A DNA stretch of 64,000 nt, from the NCBI GenBank assembly GCA_036986115.1, contig BTQY01000002.1, positions 49,608 through 113,607 on the forward strand, in the 5' to 3' direction. The position numbers were made by a program, and so were the translations under genes. The DNA comes from Gammaproteobacteria bacterium (lineage in GTDB: Bacteria > Pseudomonadota > Gammaproteobacteria > BTQY01). Positions 1-14,039 of this stretch are shown here, piece by piece (position 1 is the first letter of the stretch; every line of letters starts with the position of its first letter). The notes beneath the pieces were generated by a model, which was not told where the DNA came from, searched no databases, and was given only the letters and a program-made list of their open reading frames with translations.

Positions 1-2
1 TG

Positions 3-407
3 GATGACGAACAGGTATTGGTAGACATGATGTCTGACAATATAGACATCGCTGAGGTGGAAACCGGTGATGAGCTATTGTTCGTGCGAGAAGGCCTGCA
101 GCACAGGACCGTAAAGAAACTGCGCCGGGGAGAAATTGCCATCGAAGCGGAACTGGATCTACACGGACAAATCGTCAACGAAGCCAGGCAATGCCTGGCG
201 AATTTTCTGCGTGACTGTCAGTCCAGCGGCAAACGCTGTGTGCGCATTATCCACGGCAGGGGACATGGCTCATTTGGGAAGAAGCCGGTGTTAAAAAACA
301 AGGTGAATATGTGGCTGCAACAGCGTGATGATGTGCTGGCCTTTTGTTCCACCCGTCCTGTCGACGGGGGCACAGGGGCGGTTTATGTCTTGTTGAGAAA
401 AGCCTGA
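3..407 (+). CDS. Smr/MutS2 C-terminal domain protein (SmrA-like), 5'-partial
   Basis: LDLHG, IIHGRGHGS and DGGTGAVYVLL Smr motifs; the frame is open back to the window edge. Confidence 0.9.
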   Translation, partial: DDEQVLVDMMSDNIDIAEVETGDELLFVREGLQHRTVKKLRRGEIAIEAELDLHGQIVNEARQCLANFLRDCQSSGKRCVRIIHGRGHGSFGKKPVLKNKVNMWLQQRDDVLAFCSTRPVDGGTGAVYVLLRKA

Positions 408-456
408 AGAATGGCAAACATGAAGATTGGTGCGGGTATGATTTAGAAACCGTTAT

Positions 457-840
457 TTAGAGCTCTCCTTTGAAACGTTCCTCCTGCTGCATACCTTCAC
501 CCCAGTCGTCATTATCATCCAGCATGGCCGTTGTTATTTCTTCCTGTTTGAAGGTGATCTCTTCGAGGGGATCATTCCAGTCTTCCATATCTGTGTCTGA
601 GATCTCGTCACCAAGGTCATCTTTCTCACTATAGTCAACCGGGCCACTCCAGTTTTCGGGCTCCTCAATGATTTCGAGATTCATTTCATACCAGCTATCC
701 AGACTAACTTCTTCCAGGTTGCCATCAAACAACTGGATCTCAACCAGTTCATTGAGGTCATCAACCGCGACGACGGTAAACTCCTGGCCCTTATCGTGAT
801 GCTGATACCACATTGTCACCATGGGCTCTATTTCGGTCAT
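457..840 (-). CDS. Small acidic hypothetical protein (resembles DUF6763 family)
   Basis: WY...FTVVAVD...VEIQLFDGNLEE...W pattern and a very acidic tail; ATG at 840 follows a GGGAG SD. Family name is from memory. Confidence 0.6.
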   Translation of the reverse strand: MTEIEPMVTMWYQHHDKGQEFTVVAVDDLNELVEIQLFDGNLEEVSLDSWYEMNLEIIEEPENWSGPVDYSEKDDLGDEISDTDMEDWNDPLEEITFKQEEITTAMLDDNDDWGEGMQQEERFKGEL

Positions 841-973
841 ATTTTTCGCTCCCACAATAGTCGAAAAAATGTAGCCAATTATTATTAATAATAGTTCGAC
901 ATCTTGACCAGATCAGCAATAAATGAAAATTCTTGTGGTATGTTTGTTGCAGTAATTTAAATTGTCAATCATT

Positions 974-989
974 AGCAAATATTGTGCCT
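974..989 (-). promoter_or_regulatory. Putative sigma-54 (-24/-12) promoter
   Basis: Minus strand reads AGGCAC-AATAT-TTGCT, an exact GG-N10-GC spacing, in an AT-rich intergenic region pointing at the 457-840 gene. Confidence 0.55.
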
Positions 990-1210
990 TGAATAATTGT
1001 TTCTGATTTTTTTCATTCTATTATATTATTCAATCATTCATGGCAGTGATCTTGAGAATCACATGAGCCATTCTCACTATATTTATGATCTATATAAAGA
1101 TAATTGTTCTGTGAAAATGAGAACACTGTACCGATCTGTTCGTTAATCGACTTATCGACAAGGATTACCCGTGATCCTGCCAGTACACAACAGCATTAAT
1201 CGAACATACT

Positions 1211-2146
1211 CTAACGTGACACCTTGAATATTCTGAATTTCCTGCCAACGCGTTTATGATAATACAACTCACGGCCATCATTGGTGATAGATGGTCCTTC
1301 TACAAAGTTATCTCTGCCAATAGCTTCGATGACGACGGGTTTGGAAAATGGTTCCGATACGCTTTTCCGTTTTGCCATTAATATTCGTGAACGTATTTTC
1401 CCGGGCTTCATATCTGACAGGCTCATGCGTGTGAAGAAGATCTCCAGGCCATCGGATGAGATGGAAGCCGCATAATCCAGTTCAGGTGAATTGATATTTT
1501 TCATGATACGTCTGGATTTTGCCTCATCATAAACATAACCCCTGTTATATCTAGTGACAAAGAAGATATCAGCCCCCTGTATCAATCCCAGACTGAGACC
1601 ATTTAGATCCCAGGACGCCCTCGAATAATAAATTACATCTCCACTGGGACTGATTTCCACACTCATGTTGCCATGGACCTGTTGCGCAAATAATTCTACT
1701 TGTTTATCGGGTACCCCGGTAAAATCCTTTAGATCTTTTAACTCACCGGTACCGGGAACAAATCGGCCAACCCGAACCATGGATTCAATTCCGGAATCTA
1801 CATACAAGAAGGTATAATGGTTATCCATGGTTGGATTACCCTCCACTTCCTTTTTGGTGTTGATGTTTGGACCAATCTCTCCGCGATACACCCATTTTTC
1901 ATTCGATCGTTCGGCGTAATGCAAGTCCTTCTGATTTTCATCCTGGGCAGTATTAAAGAATAAAAAACGGCCATCCCGCGAAACAAAAGGTTCTTCAGTA
2001 CTGATGGGCGTGCCCCCACTGCCGGTCGGTAGTTGGTGTATAATTACAGGCTGTGGATCACGAAAAACAGCATCTGCTGAAGATGCCATCGGTACAATGA
2101 AGAGTAATAACAGCCAGGTTAAGAGTGAATATATTTCTTTAGTCAT
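1211..2146 (-). CDS. Exported TolB-like/WD40 (PD40) beta-propeller protein
   Basis: Signal peptide ending ASS-A; repeated blades PFVSRDGRFLFF, ISPSGDVIYYS, ISSDGLEIFFT, PSITNDGRELYY. Confidence 0.75.
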   Translation of the reverse strand: MTKEIYSLLTWLLLLFIVPMASSADAVFRDPQPVIIHQLPTGSGGTPISTEEPFVSRDGRFLFFNTAQDENQKDLHYAERSNEKWVYRGEIGPNINTKKEVEGNPTMDNHYTFLYVDSGIESMVRVGRFVPGTGELKDLKDFTGVPDKQVELFAQQVHGNMSVEISPSGDVIYYSRASWDLNGLSLGLIQGADIFFVTRYNRGYVYDEAKSRRIMKNINSPELDYAASISSDGLEIFFTRMSLSDMKPGKIRSRILMAKRKSVSEPFSKPVVIEAIGRDNFVEGPSITNDGRELYYHKRVGRKFRIFKVSR

Positions 2147-2241
2147 CGCATTATCCTATTTTCTAATATTCTGTCAGACACGCCTGTTCACCCCAATGTC
2201 AGGCACAAACTGTCGCCCGCCTCCCCGGTTTGGTGCATGAA

Positions 2242-2721
2242 TCAGGCGCCAATCTCCTGGAGTAATACCACGGCGTGCGCAGCGATACCTTCACCACGAC
2301 CGGTAAAGCCCATTCCCTCGGTGGTGGTTGCCTTGATATTGACTGCCTGCAGGGCACGTTCGATATCACGACAAATATTCTGTTTCATTTCATCGATATG
2401 GGGAGCCAGTCTGGGTAACTGGGCAATAATCGTTATATCCACGTTGGATACATAAAAGTCTTCATCGGTGATGAGTTCAGCCACCTTGCGCAACAGTTCA
2501 CGACTGTCGATATCCTTAAAAGCGTCACTATCGTCCGGGAAATGAACACCGATATCGCCCATGCCTGCCGCTCCAAGAATAGCGTCACAAAGTGCATGGA
2601 TAACCACATCACCGTCAGAATGGGCCATCAGGCCCCGATCATAAGGTATGTTTACACCTCCTAATATCAGGGGTCTGGATACACTAAAAACATGTGCATC
2701 AAAGCCGTGTCCAATTCTCAT
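2242..2721 (-). CDS. ispF: 2-C-methyl-D-erythritol 2,4-cyclodiphosphate synthase
   Basis: MRIGHGFDAH, HSDGDV, KATTTEGMGFTGRGEGIAA. Confidence 0.98.
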   Translation of the reverse strand: MRIGHGFDAHVFSVSRPLILGGVNIPYDRGLMAHSDGDVVIHALCDAILGAAGMGDIGVHFPDDSDAFKDIDSRELLRKVAELITDEDFYVSNVDITIIAQLPRLAPHIDEMKQNICRDIERALQAVNIKATTTEGMGFTGRGEGIAAHAVVLLQEIGA

Positions 2722-2800
2722 CGCAACTCCTATTCATATCGGCCATCAGTATAGACCGATTTATCAACAAACTCATGTAACTAACCATACAACCCCCACA

Positions 2801-3032
2801 CCTCTGCGACCTCAGCGGTTCATATGATTCATGTTTCCCGATAATGCTGTTAACCGCAGAGGACGCGAAGGTCACAGAGAAAAAACCAGTTAACAATATG
2901 GCCCTGCGACCTCGGCGGTTCATATGATTCATGTTTCCCGATAATACTGTTAACCGCAGAGGACGCGAAGGTCACAGAGAAAAAACCAGTTAACAATATG
3001 GCCCTGCGCACCTCTGCGACCTCGGCGGTTCA
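2801..3032. repeat. Tandem 100-bp duplication built from AACCGCNGAGGNCGC / GCGACCTCNGCGGTT inverted repeats
   Basis: 2804-2908 matches 2904-3008 except at 2814/2914 and 2846/2946; a third copy of the right-hand motif lies at 3011-3032. Confidence 0.9.
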
Positions 3033-3045
3033 AAATATTTTTAAC

Positions 3046-3744
3046 TCATCCCTGTGACAAATAGAACTCTGCCAGAGCCAGATCGTCGGCACGGGTTATC
3101 TTGATATTACCATCCTGGCTCTGCACCATAACAGGGCTATGACCAGCCAGTTCCATGGCGGATGCTTCGTCGGTTACCAGGTAATCATTTTCCAGTGCCG
3201 AAGCAAGTGCTGATTTTAGCAGCCCATAACGAAACATCTGCGGGGTACTGGCATGCCACAGATTATCACGGTCAACAGTCTGCAGGACTCTATGATCATT
3301 ATCTGTTCGTTTCATGGTGTCATGAACTGCGACGCCTAACAGGCCGCCCACAGGTTCATCAGATAACTCATTCATTAAATGATCAAGGTCAGCCCGGCTC
3401 AAACAGGGACGCGCAGCATCATGCACCAGCACCCAGTCATTATCACCAGCCTGATCCATTGCCAACAAGGCGTTCATAACCGAATGGCACCGCTGCTCAC
3501 CGCCATCGACACGTTGCAGAATTTTTCCACAGGAAATATCCAGGGTATGCCAGTGAGGATCCTGGCTGGCAGTGGCAACATAGATTCCAGTAATAGACCC
3601 GTGCTTGCAAAAAATACTCAGGGCATGTTCAATAACAGTTCTGCCCGCGAGAGGCAGATATTGTTTGGGTGTATCACCTCCCATACGGCTGCCACTTCCC
3701 GCCGCCGGAATTACCACCCATGTGTTTACCTGCTCAGTGCTCAT
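3046..3744 (-). CDS. ispD: 2-C-methyl-D-erythritol 4-phosphate cytidylyltransferase
   Basis: PAAGSGSRM..PKQYL, VLVHDAARP, TPQMF, TDEASA. Confidence 0.98.
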   Translation of the reverse strand: MSTEQVNTWVVIPAAGSGSRMGGDTPKQYLPLAGRTVIEHALSIFCKHGSITGIYVATASQDPHWHTLDISCGKILQRVDGGEQRCHSVMNALLAMDQAGDNDWVLVHDAARPCLSRADLDHLMNELSDEPVGGLLGVAVHDTMKRTDNDHRVLQTVDRDNLWHASTPQMFRYGLLKSALASALENDYLVTDEASAMELAGHSPVMVQSQDGNIKITRADDLALAEFYLSQG

Positions 3745-3754
3745 TTCTCTGTAT

Positions 3755-4045
3755 TCACTTCATCGGCCCGGAATCATCTTCAATGATCTGGTAGAAGGTT
3801 TCGCCCTTTTGCACCATACCCAATTCACTACGTGAGCGCTCTTCAATCGCTTCCAGTCCCTGTTTCAGATCCTTGACCTCTGCCTCCAGTGCCCGATTGC
3901 GTTCCTTCAGCTCAGCATTACTGGCTCTAAACTCCTTTACCTGTTTCTCGAGGCGCCACACATCAACAACGCTATCATCACCAAACCATAACTTGTACTG
4001 CAGGAGTAGTAGTACAGTAATGAGAATGACGGTCAATGTTTTCAT
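3755..4045 (-). CDS. ftsB: Cell division protein FtsB
   Basis: TM helix, LQYKLWFG, coiled coil, EAIEERSRSELGM..GETFY; eno-ftsB-ispD synteny. Confidence 0.96.
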   Translation of the reverse strand: MKTLTVILITVLLLLQYKLWFGDDSVVDVWRLEKQVKEFRASNAELKERNRALEAEVKDLKQGLEAIEERSRSELGMVQKGETFYQIIEDDSGPMK

Positions 4046-4105
4046 TGGATTATTCTATTCGATTGACTTCCTCAAATAACTGAAACAAATGGCCCGACTT
4101 AAAAT

Positions 4106-5413
<1,308 letters not shown>

Positions 5414-5492
5414 TTATTTAGTCCTGTACTGATATTTCTTTATTATAAGATGATTTGGCCTAAAGCGTCATTGATGTAATCCAGGGATGTAG

Positions 5493-6325
5493 CTATAGAT
5501 CCTGTTCCGCCAGGCTTGATGATTTGATAGTATCGTCAATGGCCTTCATTGTGATAAGCAATTTCTCCATACGATCCAGCGGCCATGCATTCGGTCCATC
5601 GCTTAGCGCCCTGTCAGGATCCGGATGGGTCTCCATAAATACCCCGGAAATTCCGGCAGCAATCGCTGCACGCGCCAATACCGGGACATGCTCGCGTTGC
5701 CCGCCTGAGCTGGTGCCCTGTCCTCCCGGCAGCTGCACCGAATGCGTAGCATCAAACACGACCGGGCAACCGGTATCTCGCATGACAGCGAGTGAACGCA
5801 TGTCCGATACCAGATTGTTATAACCGAACGAAACCCCCCGTTCACACACCATGATCTGTTTATTACCTGTGGCCCTGGCCTTGTCCACAACATTTTTCAT
5901 GTCCCAGGGAGCCAGAAACTGGCCCTTCTTGATATTAACCGGCAGGCCTTGCCTGGCCACATTCATAATAAAGTTGGTCTGTCGACACAAAAATGCCGGT
6001 GTTTGAAAGACATCGACCACTGCGGCAACTTCATCAAGAGGTGTATCTTCATGGACATCGGTAAGCACCGGAACATTGATATCTTTCCTGACTTTTTCAA
6101 GGATCCGCAACCCCTCTTCTATGCCGAGCCCACGGAAACTCTGCAGCGATGAACGATTTGCCTTGTCATAGGATGACTTGTAAATAAAGGGAATGCCGAG
6201 CCGATCAGTGATCTCCTTCAGAGTACCGGCACTATCAATAGCCAGCTGTTCGCTTTCCACAACACAGGGACCAGCAATAAGAAAGAATGGTCTGTCCAGA
6301 CCAGCCTCGAAACCACAAATATTCA

Positions 6326-6326
<1 letters not shown>
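5493..6326 (-). CDS. kdsA: KDO-8-phosphate synthase
   Basis: [30 protein letters not shown]. Confidence 0.98.
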
Positions 6327-8044
<1,718 letters not shown>

Positions 8045-8103
8045 TCAATGGAAAATCTGACAATCATAGGCAATACAGCCGCTTAGCGAGCAAGAAAGCC
8101 GTC

Positions 8104-9558
8104 TCAACTCGCCTGCCAATGCAGTTCCAGCCCCGCCTCGTTAGTTGCGGCGGCAAACTGCTGACACACCCATAAACCGGCCACCGCGGCCAGGTCATTT
8201 TCAACATACAGCAGTGGGATACGGTCCCGCTGCCACGGCGGTATGCCGGCCTCCTGAAACAGCTTCTTCAAATCATGGTGGTGCTGGCGTCCTGCGGGCT
8301 GGCATACCTCACCGCCCTGGCGAAAGGCCACGGTAACGCCTGTGGCCCCCAGGTTTGCCCTCAGGCCCTTCCCGGAGACCGGGACTGACCTCAGGCAGCC
8401 GACGGACAGTGCCAGTGGGTCCGTCAGATTCCAGCCGTAGCGGGCGTGACTGTCGTGTAGTGACAGCGGCGGCATCGCAAACAGACGCTCGCGGTAACGC
8501 CGCACCTCGACTCCGGGCCATTGTACGCAAGGGACCCGATCAGGCCCTGCATGCAGCACATCCGTCAGGACATGCTGCATCTGCTGGCTCTGCGGCACCG
8601 GTAAGCCCAGCTGGCGCAACCAATAGCGCAACAGGTTTCGCTGACGATCGCTGTGCAGGTGGCCAAGGGCCCTCATATCCAGCCCGGCTAAAGCAGATAC
8701 GCCAGGTCCCTCAGTGGCACCCGCACCGCCAGACGCCCCGCTGCCCTGACATTGGGCCAGATCTATCGCCGCCAGCTCATCCAGCAGTGCGGCGCTGTCG
8801 GCAATATGGCCTGCCGCCCGGCTCAGGGTGGCCGCCATGGCTGGCCAGCGTTGTTTCAGCGACGGTACCACCTGATGCCGTAGAAAATTACGATCCAGCC
8901 TGGTATCGGCATTACTGTCATCTTCGACCCAGGTAATAGCATGAGCACGGGCATAATCATGAAGTTGCTGGCGACTGAATCCGAGCAATGGTCTCACCAG
9001 GCGCCCCTCACCCAGAACGGAAACCTCTGGCATGGCCGCCAACCCGCGGGGGCCTGCCCCCCTGAGTAATTGCAGCAACAGGGTTTCCGCCTGGTCATCC
9101 TGATGGTGGGCAGACAGCAAACACTCGCCCTTGCCCAGAGCACCGGCAAGGGCCCGATAACGACAATCACGGGCTTTTTCTTCGGGGCTCTCCCCTGCAC
9201 CTGCACGCGCATCCACTGTCAGGCATCGGTATGGCACGGCAAGTCGTGAACACAGCATTTCACAATGAGAATCCCAGGCATCGGCTTTATCGCTGATGCC
9301 ATGATGAACATGTACAGCAGATACCTTCAGGTTTGCCAATGGCTCTTTGAGACGATTTGTTGCATGTAACAGCACACTGGAATCCAGGCCGCCACTTAAT
9401 GCAACAATAACATGATGCCCTGTATCGCTGTCTTTTATCCCGGGAAATAACTGGCAAACCAGGTCACACAGAGAGTCCGGAAGGTTTTGATTGCACGATT
9501 TCACCGGTTTAGATTGCATGGCTTCGCTGGCAGGTACCCTGTTACTCTTTAAACTCAC
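8104..9558 (-). CDS. tilS: tRNA(Ile)-lysidine synthetase (start uncertain)
   Basis: SGGLDS PP-loop, [22 protein letters not shown]-terminal [15 protein letters not shown]. Confidence 0.95.
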   Translation of the reverse strand: MSLKSNRVPASEAMQSKPVKSCNQNLPDSLCDLVCQLFPGIKDSDTGHHVIVALSGGLDSSVLLHATNRLKEPLANLKVSAVHVHHGISDKADAWDSHCEMLCSRLAVPYRCLTVDARAGAGESPEEKARDCRYRALAGALGKGECLLSAHHQDDQAETLLLQLLRGAGPRGLAAMPEVSVLGEGRLVRPLLGFSRQQLHDYARAHAITWVEDDSNADTRLDRNFLRHQVVPSLKQRWPAMAATLSRAAGHIADSAALLDELAAIDLAQCQGSGASGGAGATEGPGVSALAGLDMRALGHLHSDRQRNLLRYWLRQLGLPVPQSQQMQHVLTDVLHAGPDRVPCVQWPGVEVRRYRERLFAMPPLSLHDSHARYGWNLTDPLALSVGCLRSVPVSGKGLRANLGATGVTVAFRQGGEVCQPAGRQHHHDLKKLFQEAGIPPWQRDRIPLLYVENDLAAVAGLWVCQQFAAATNEAGLELHWQAS

Positions 9559-10498
9559 CGAACCGCATTAATCGTGAATAACGATCCTCGAGTAATTTAT
9601 CGACAGGTAATTGTGACAGATGATCCAGACTGGAACAAAGCGCTTCTTTCAGATTGCGCGCAGTGGCCTCCATGTCACGATGAGCCCCACCAAGTGGCTC
9701 ATTGATAATAGTATCGATAAGATTCATCTCTTTGATACGTTCAGAAGTAATACACATGGCTTCTGCTGCCTCGGGTGCCTTTTCTGCGCTCTTCCACAGG
9801 ATCGATGCGCAGCCTTCTGGCGAGATCACTGAATAGGTACTGTATTGCATCATCAGTACACGGTCACCAACACCGACTGCCAGCGCGCCACCTGAACCAC
9901 CTTCTCCAATTACCGTACAGATAAGGGGGACCTTCAAATTAGACATGACATGAAGATTTCTTGCAATTGCTTCACTCTGGTTTCGTTCTTCTGCCCCCAC
10001 GCCGGGGTAGGCACCTGGTGTGTCGATAAAGGTAATCACAGGCAGCCTGAATCTTTCAGCCATTTTCATCAAACGCAATGCCTTACGGTAGCCTTCGGGA
10101 CGTGGCATACCGAAGTTCCGGAAGATCTTCTGTTTGGTGTCCCTCCCTTTTTGATGACCAATTACCATTACCGGTTTGTCATCAAGGCGCGCGACACCCC
10201 CGACAATGGCGTGATCATCTGCAAAACTCCGATCACCATGTAATTCCTCGAACTCGGTAAATATCAGTTTGATGTAGTCATTGGTATAAGGGCGTTGAGG
10301 ATGCCTGGCCAGTGCTGACACCTGCCAGGAAGTCAGATTGGAAAAGATCTGTTCAGTTAGCGCCTGGCTCTTTTCCTGCAGGCGGGCGATCTCATCGCTG
10401 ATATTGATATCGCTGTCTTCACCAACATAACGGAGCTCTTCTATTTTTGCCTCTAACTCGGCAATAGGTTGCTCGAAATCAAGAAAATTTAAATCCAT
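9542..10498 (-). CDS. accA: Acetyl-CoA carboxylase carboxyltransferase alpha subunit
   Basis: [36 protein letters not shown]. Confidence 0.99.
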   Translation of the reverse strand: MDLNFLDFEQPIAELEAKIEELRYVGEDSDINISDEIARLQEKSQALTEQIFSNLTSWQVSALARHPQRPYTNDYIKLIFTEFEELHGDRSFADDHAIVGGVARLDDKPVMVIGHQKGRDTKQKIFRNFGMPRPEGYRKALRLMKMAERFRLPVITFIDTPGAYPGVGAEERNQSEAIARNLHVMSNLKVPLICTVIGEGGSGGALAVGVGDRVLMMQYSTYSVISPEGCASILWKSAEKAPEAAEAMCITSERIKEMNLIDTIINEPLGGAHRDMEATARNLKEALCSSLDHLSQLPVDKLLEDRYSRLMRFGEFKE

Positions 10499-10575
10499 GG
10501 TTCAACGAAAATCCTGCTATCTGTCAATATTGACTATTATACACCTTAGCCAGGGATCCTGACATATAGATCAGT

Positions 10576-13500
10576 TTAGTATATCACCCGCACATGGTCT
10601 GCACCGCTCAGGTTTCTCAGGCGGTTTAGCAGTTCATCCGTGGGTTTTACCCGCCAGCCCTTGCCAAGAGGGATCCTTGCCTGGGCATCCTGATGGACGT
10701 AATCCAGCATGACCTGACAACGCCCGTCCCGGAATGGCTCCAGCGTCTGTGCAAGGCTCTTCAGAAAACCATTGCCAGCGATATCACTATCAATCTTGAT
10801 TAATAAATGCCTGGCATAGGTCTCACGAGCCTCATCCACATCGAATATGCGGTTGGCACGCATACGAAAGGCCCCGGAATAATCATCCACGCTCACCAGA
10901 CCGTCAATCACCAGTACCTTGTCTTTGGTTAACAGGTTACGATAATTCTGAAATTCCTCGGGAAAGACCGCCACCTCAACCCGGCCACTGCGATCGTCCA
11001 GTGTAATATATGCCATCCGGTCACCTTGCCTGGTGTTCCTCGTTTGCATCGCTATCACCATGCCAGCCACCACCACGCTTTGGTCACGAGAAGGCTTTAG
11101 TTCTGCCAGTTTCATACTGGTGATCTGTTTCAGTTCCTCTTCATAACGGTTAATTGGATGCCCTGTCAGATACAGGCCAAGGGTATCCCGTTCTCCCAAC
11201 AGGCGATGTTCTTCATCCCATTCTGCTGCCTCTATATATCGCGCATCGCCAGACAAGCTTGCCTCGCCCCCACCAAACAGATCATCCTGTCCCGCTTCAG
11301 CATTTCGAGATGCCTGCTCAGCCAGTTGTAATGCCTTGGGTAAAGAGGCCAGCAAGGTGGCACGCCCCGGACCCAGACTATCCAGGGCACCCGACCGTAT
11401 CATTGCCTCCAGAACGCGGCGGTTCGCCTTACGCAAATTAATTCGCTGGCATAGATCAAATAAACTCTCAAACTTGCCTGTTTCATTACGAGACCGAATG
11501 ATACTTTCAATTGCTGACTCCCCCACGCCCTTAATGGCGCCAAGCCCGTAAAATATTGTATCCATCCCACTGGCAGTAAAAACATGATTGCAGAGATTGA
11601 CATCGGGCGGTCTTATTTTCAGTTTCATGTGCCGACACTCATCTATAATCGTCACTATCTTGTCAGTATTATCCAGATCGGCAGATAACACAGCCGCCAT
11701 GAATGCTGCCGGGTAATGGGCCTTTAACCAGGCGGTCTGGTAAGCAAGAAGCGCATAGGCCGCAGAATGTGATTTGTTGAAACCATAGCCCGCAAATTTC
11801 TCCATCAGGTCAAAAATATATTCTGCAGTTCTTTCTTCGACGCCATTTTTTATTGCGCCATCGGTAAATACCACCCGCTGCTTGGCCATCTCTTGCGGTT
11901 TTTTCTTGCCCATCGCACGGCGTAATAAGTCTGCACCTCCCAGCGTATATCTGGCCAGCACCTGGGCGATCTGCATGACCTGCTCCTGATACAGGATAAC
12001 GCCATAGGTTGGTTTTAGTATGGGTTCGAGATCATTATGGGGATAATTGACGACTGCGCGTCCGTGTTTACGATTAATAAAATCATCTACCATTCCGGAC
12101 TGCAGAGGCCCGGGCCTGAACAGGGCCACAAGCGCAATAATTTCTTCAAAGGTATCCGGCTGCAGGCGCTTGATAAGGTCCTTCATCCCCCTGGATTCCA
12201 GCTGAAATACTGCTGTTGTCTGACAGCGTTTCAACAGCTCAAAAGACTTTTTATCGTCCATGGCGATCTTGCTGATATCCAGAGGTTCTTCGTTCGTTTG
12301 CTTGCGTTCTTCATTAATCGTCTGTATCGCCCAGTCGATAATGGTCAGGGTGCGCAGGCCAAGGAAATCAAACTTGACCAGTCCTACGGCTTCGACATCG
12401 TCTTTATCAAGCTGGGTTACTGTTGTAGTTGCTCCCTGCTCGCAATATAGTGGCGTAAAATCAGTCAGATCAGTGGGTGATATCACCACGCCACCTGCAT
12501 GTTTGCCCGCATTTCGGGCACAGCCTTCAAGTTTTTTGGCAAGGTCTATCAGGGCATGAACATCATCATCATCGTTATAACGATGTTGTAACTCGTCTTC
12601 GAGCTCAAGCGCCTTGTCTAAGGTTACACCAATCTCGAAAGGGATTAACTTGGCAATCTGGTCGACAAAACCATATGGATGGCCTAATACACGACCAACA
12701 TCTCTTATTACTGCCTTTGCTGCCATACTGCCATAGGTGATGATCTGACTTACCTGGTTGCGCCCGTAGGTCCTTGCAACATAGTCAATCACCTCATCCC
12801 TGCGTTCCATGCAGAAATCCACATCAAAATCAGGCATCGATACCCGTTCGGGATTCAAAAAACGTTCGAACAGAAGTTCGTAGTGAATAGGATCAAGATC
12901 AGTAATACCCAACGCATACGCCACTAATGAACCGGCCCCTGAACCTCTTCCGGGCCCGACAGGTATTTTATTTTTCTTTGCCCAGTCGATGAAGTCAGCA
13001 ACAATCAGGAAGTACCCCGGAAAATCCATTTCAGTAATAACATTCAGTTCCATCTCCAGGCGGTCATCATACATCTTGCGCTCACCCGTGAGCCGTTCCG
13101 GGTGTTCAGAGTAAATGGCTTGCAAACGATGCTCGAGACCTTTTACGGACTGTTCCTGCAAATAACCGGCGACGGTCTTTCCCTCCGGCACCGGAAATTC
13201 AGGAAGGTAGTTCTTCCCCAGCTCCAGTTCAAGGTTGCAACGTCTGGCAATCTCAATGGTGTTCTCAATTGCCTCGGGGATATCGCTGAACAGTTCCAGC
13301 ATTTCTTCCGTGCTGCGCAAGTATTGCTGTTCACTATAATGATGGATACGCCGGGTATCGTTCAGTGTGCGGCCTTCATGTATACAAACTCGTGCTTCAT
13401 GGGCTTCATAGTCGCTGGCCGCAAGAAACCGGACATCATTACTCGCAACAACGGGAAGTTCGTGCTTGAGTGCAATTTCGATTGTGGAATGAAGCATGTT

Positions 13501-14031
13501 TTCATCATGTTCGCGACCAGTGCGCTGGATCTCGAGATAATAATTGTCAGCAAATATTCCCCGCCACTCATCGATACATGTTTGCGCAAGCTCAATATCA
13601 CCTGAAAAGATTGCCTTACTTATGTTACTGTCTCTGCCTCCAGATAATGCCAGCAGACCATCAGTACCATCATTCAACCATGCCTTGTTCACTATGGGGA
13701 CACCACGAACCTGGCCTTCAGTATATGAGCGGGTGATCAGGCGGTTTAGTTGTAACAGGCCGTCATGATGCAGGCACAGGACTACCAGGCGTGACGGAGC
13801 AGAGGACTCTTCGTCAGCCACCCACAGATCGGCACCAATAAGGGGTTTAACTCCGGCCGCCATAGCGGCACGATAAAACTTGACCATGGCAAACAGGTTG
13901 CTCTGATCAGTCACTGCAACAGCAGGCATACCGGCCTCTGCCACGCTCTGAACCAGTGGTTTTATTTTAATTATGCTGTCTACCAGGGAATATTCGGTAT
14001 GAACATGCAAATGGACAAAAGAACCCGCCAT
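10576..14031 (-). CDS. dnaE: DNA polymerase III alpha subunit
   Basis: FVHLHVHTEYS PHP domain, GPGRGSGAGS, PDFDVDF, FAGYGFNKSH; normal length, no intein. Confidence 0.99.
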   Translation of the reverse strand: MAGSFVHLHVHTEYSLVDSIIKIKPLVQSVAEAGMPAVAVTDQSNLFAMVKFYRAAMAAGVKPLIGADLWVADEESSAPSRLVVLCLHHDGLLQLNRLITRSYTEGQVRGVPIVNKAWLNDGTDGLLALSGGRDSNISKAIFSGDIELAQTCIDEWRGIFADNYYLEIQRTGREHDENMLHSTIEIALKHELPVVASNDVRFLAASDYEAHEARVCIHEGRTLNDTRRIHHYSEQQYLRSTEEMLELFSDIPEAIENTIEIARRCNLELELGKNYLPEFPVPEGKTVAGYLQEQSVKGLEHRLQAIYSEHPERLTGERKMYDDRLEMELNVITEMDFPGYFLIVADFIDWAKKNKIPVGPGRGSGAGSLVAYALGITDLDPIHYELLFERFLNPERVSMPDFDVDFCMERRDEVIDYVARTYGRNQVSQIITYGSMAAKAVIRDVGRVLGHPYGFVDQIAKLIPFEIGVTLDKALELEDELQHRYNDDDDVHALIDLAKKLEGCARNAGKHAGGVVISPTDLTDFTPLYCEQGATTTVTQLDKDDVEAVGLVKFDFLGLRTLTIIDWAIQTINEERKQTNEEPLDISKIAMDDKKSFELLKRCQTTAVFQLESRGMKDLIKRLQPDTFEEIIALVALFRPGPLQSGMVDDFINRKHGRAVVNYPHNDLEPILKPTYGVILYQEQVMQIAQVLARYTLGGADLLRRAMGKKKPQEMAKQRVVFTDGAIKNGVEERTAEYIFDLMEKFAGYGFNKSHSAAYALLAYQTAWLKAHYPAAFMAAVLSADLDNTDKIVTIIDECRHMKLKIRPPDVNLCNHVFTASGMDTIFYGLGAIKGVGESAIESIIRSRNETGKFESLFDLCQRINLRKANRRVLEAMIRSGALDSLGPGRATLLASLPKALQLAEQASRNAEAGQDDLFGGGEASLSGDARYIEAAEWDEEHRLLGERDTLGLYLTGHPINRYEEELKQITSMKLAELKPSRDQSVVVAGMVIAMQTRNTRQGDRMAYITLDDRSGRVEVAVFPEEFQNYRNLLTKDKVLVIDGLVSVDDYSGAFRMRANRIFDVDEARETYARHLLIKIDSDIAGNGFLKSLAQTLEPFRDGRCQVMLDYVHQDAQARIPLGKGWRVKPTDELLNRLRNLSGADHVRVIY

Positions 14032-14039
14032 AACCCCGT

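Noticed and set aside
2699-2932. 77-aa ORF between ispD and ispF
   Set aside because: It is a translation of the repeat and overlaps the ispF start.
2801-3032. Possible CRISPR array
   Set aside because: The intervening sequences are duplicated rather than unique, the motifs alternate in orientation, and there are no cas genes in the window.
10576-14031. Intein or split in dnaE
   Set aside because: Length and motif spacing are normal.
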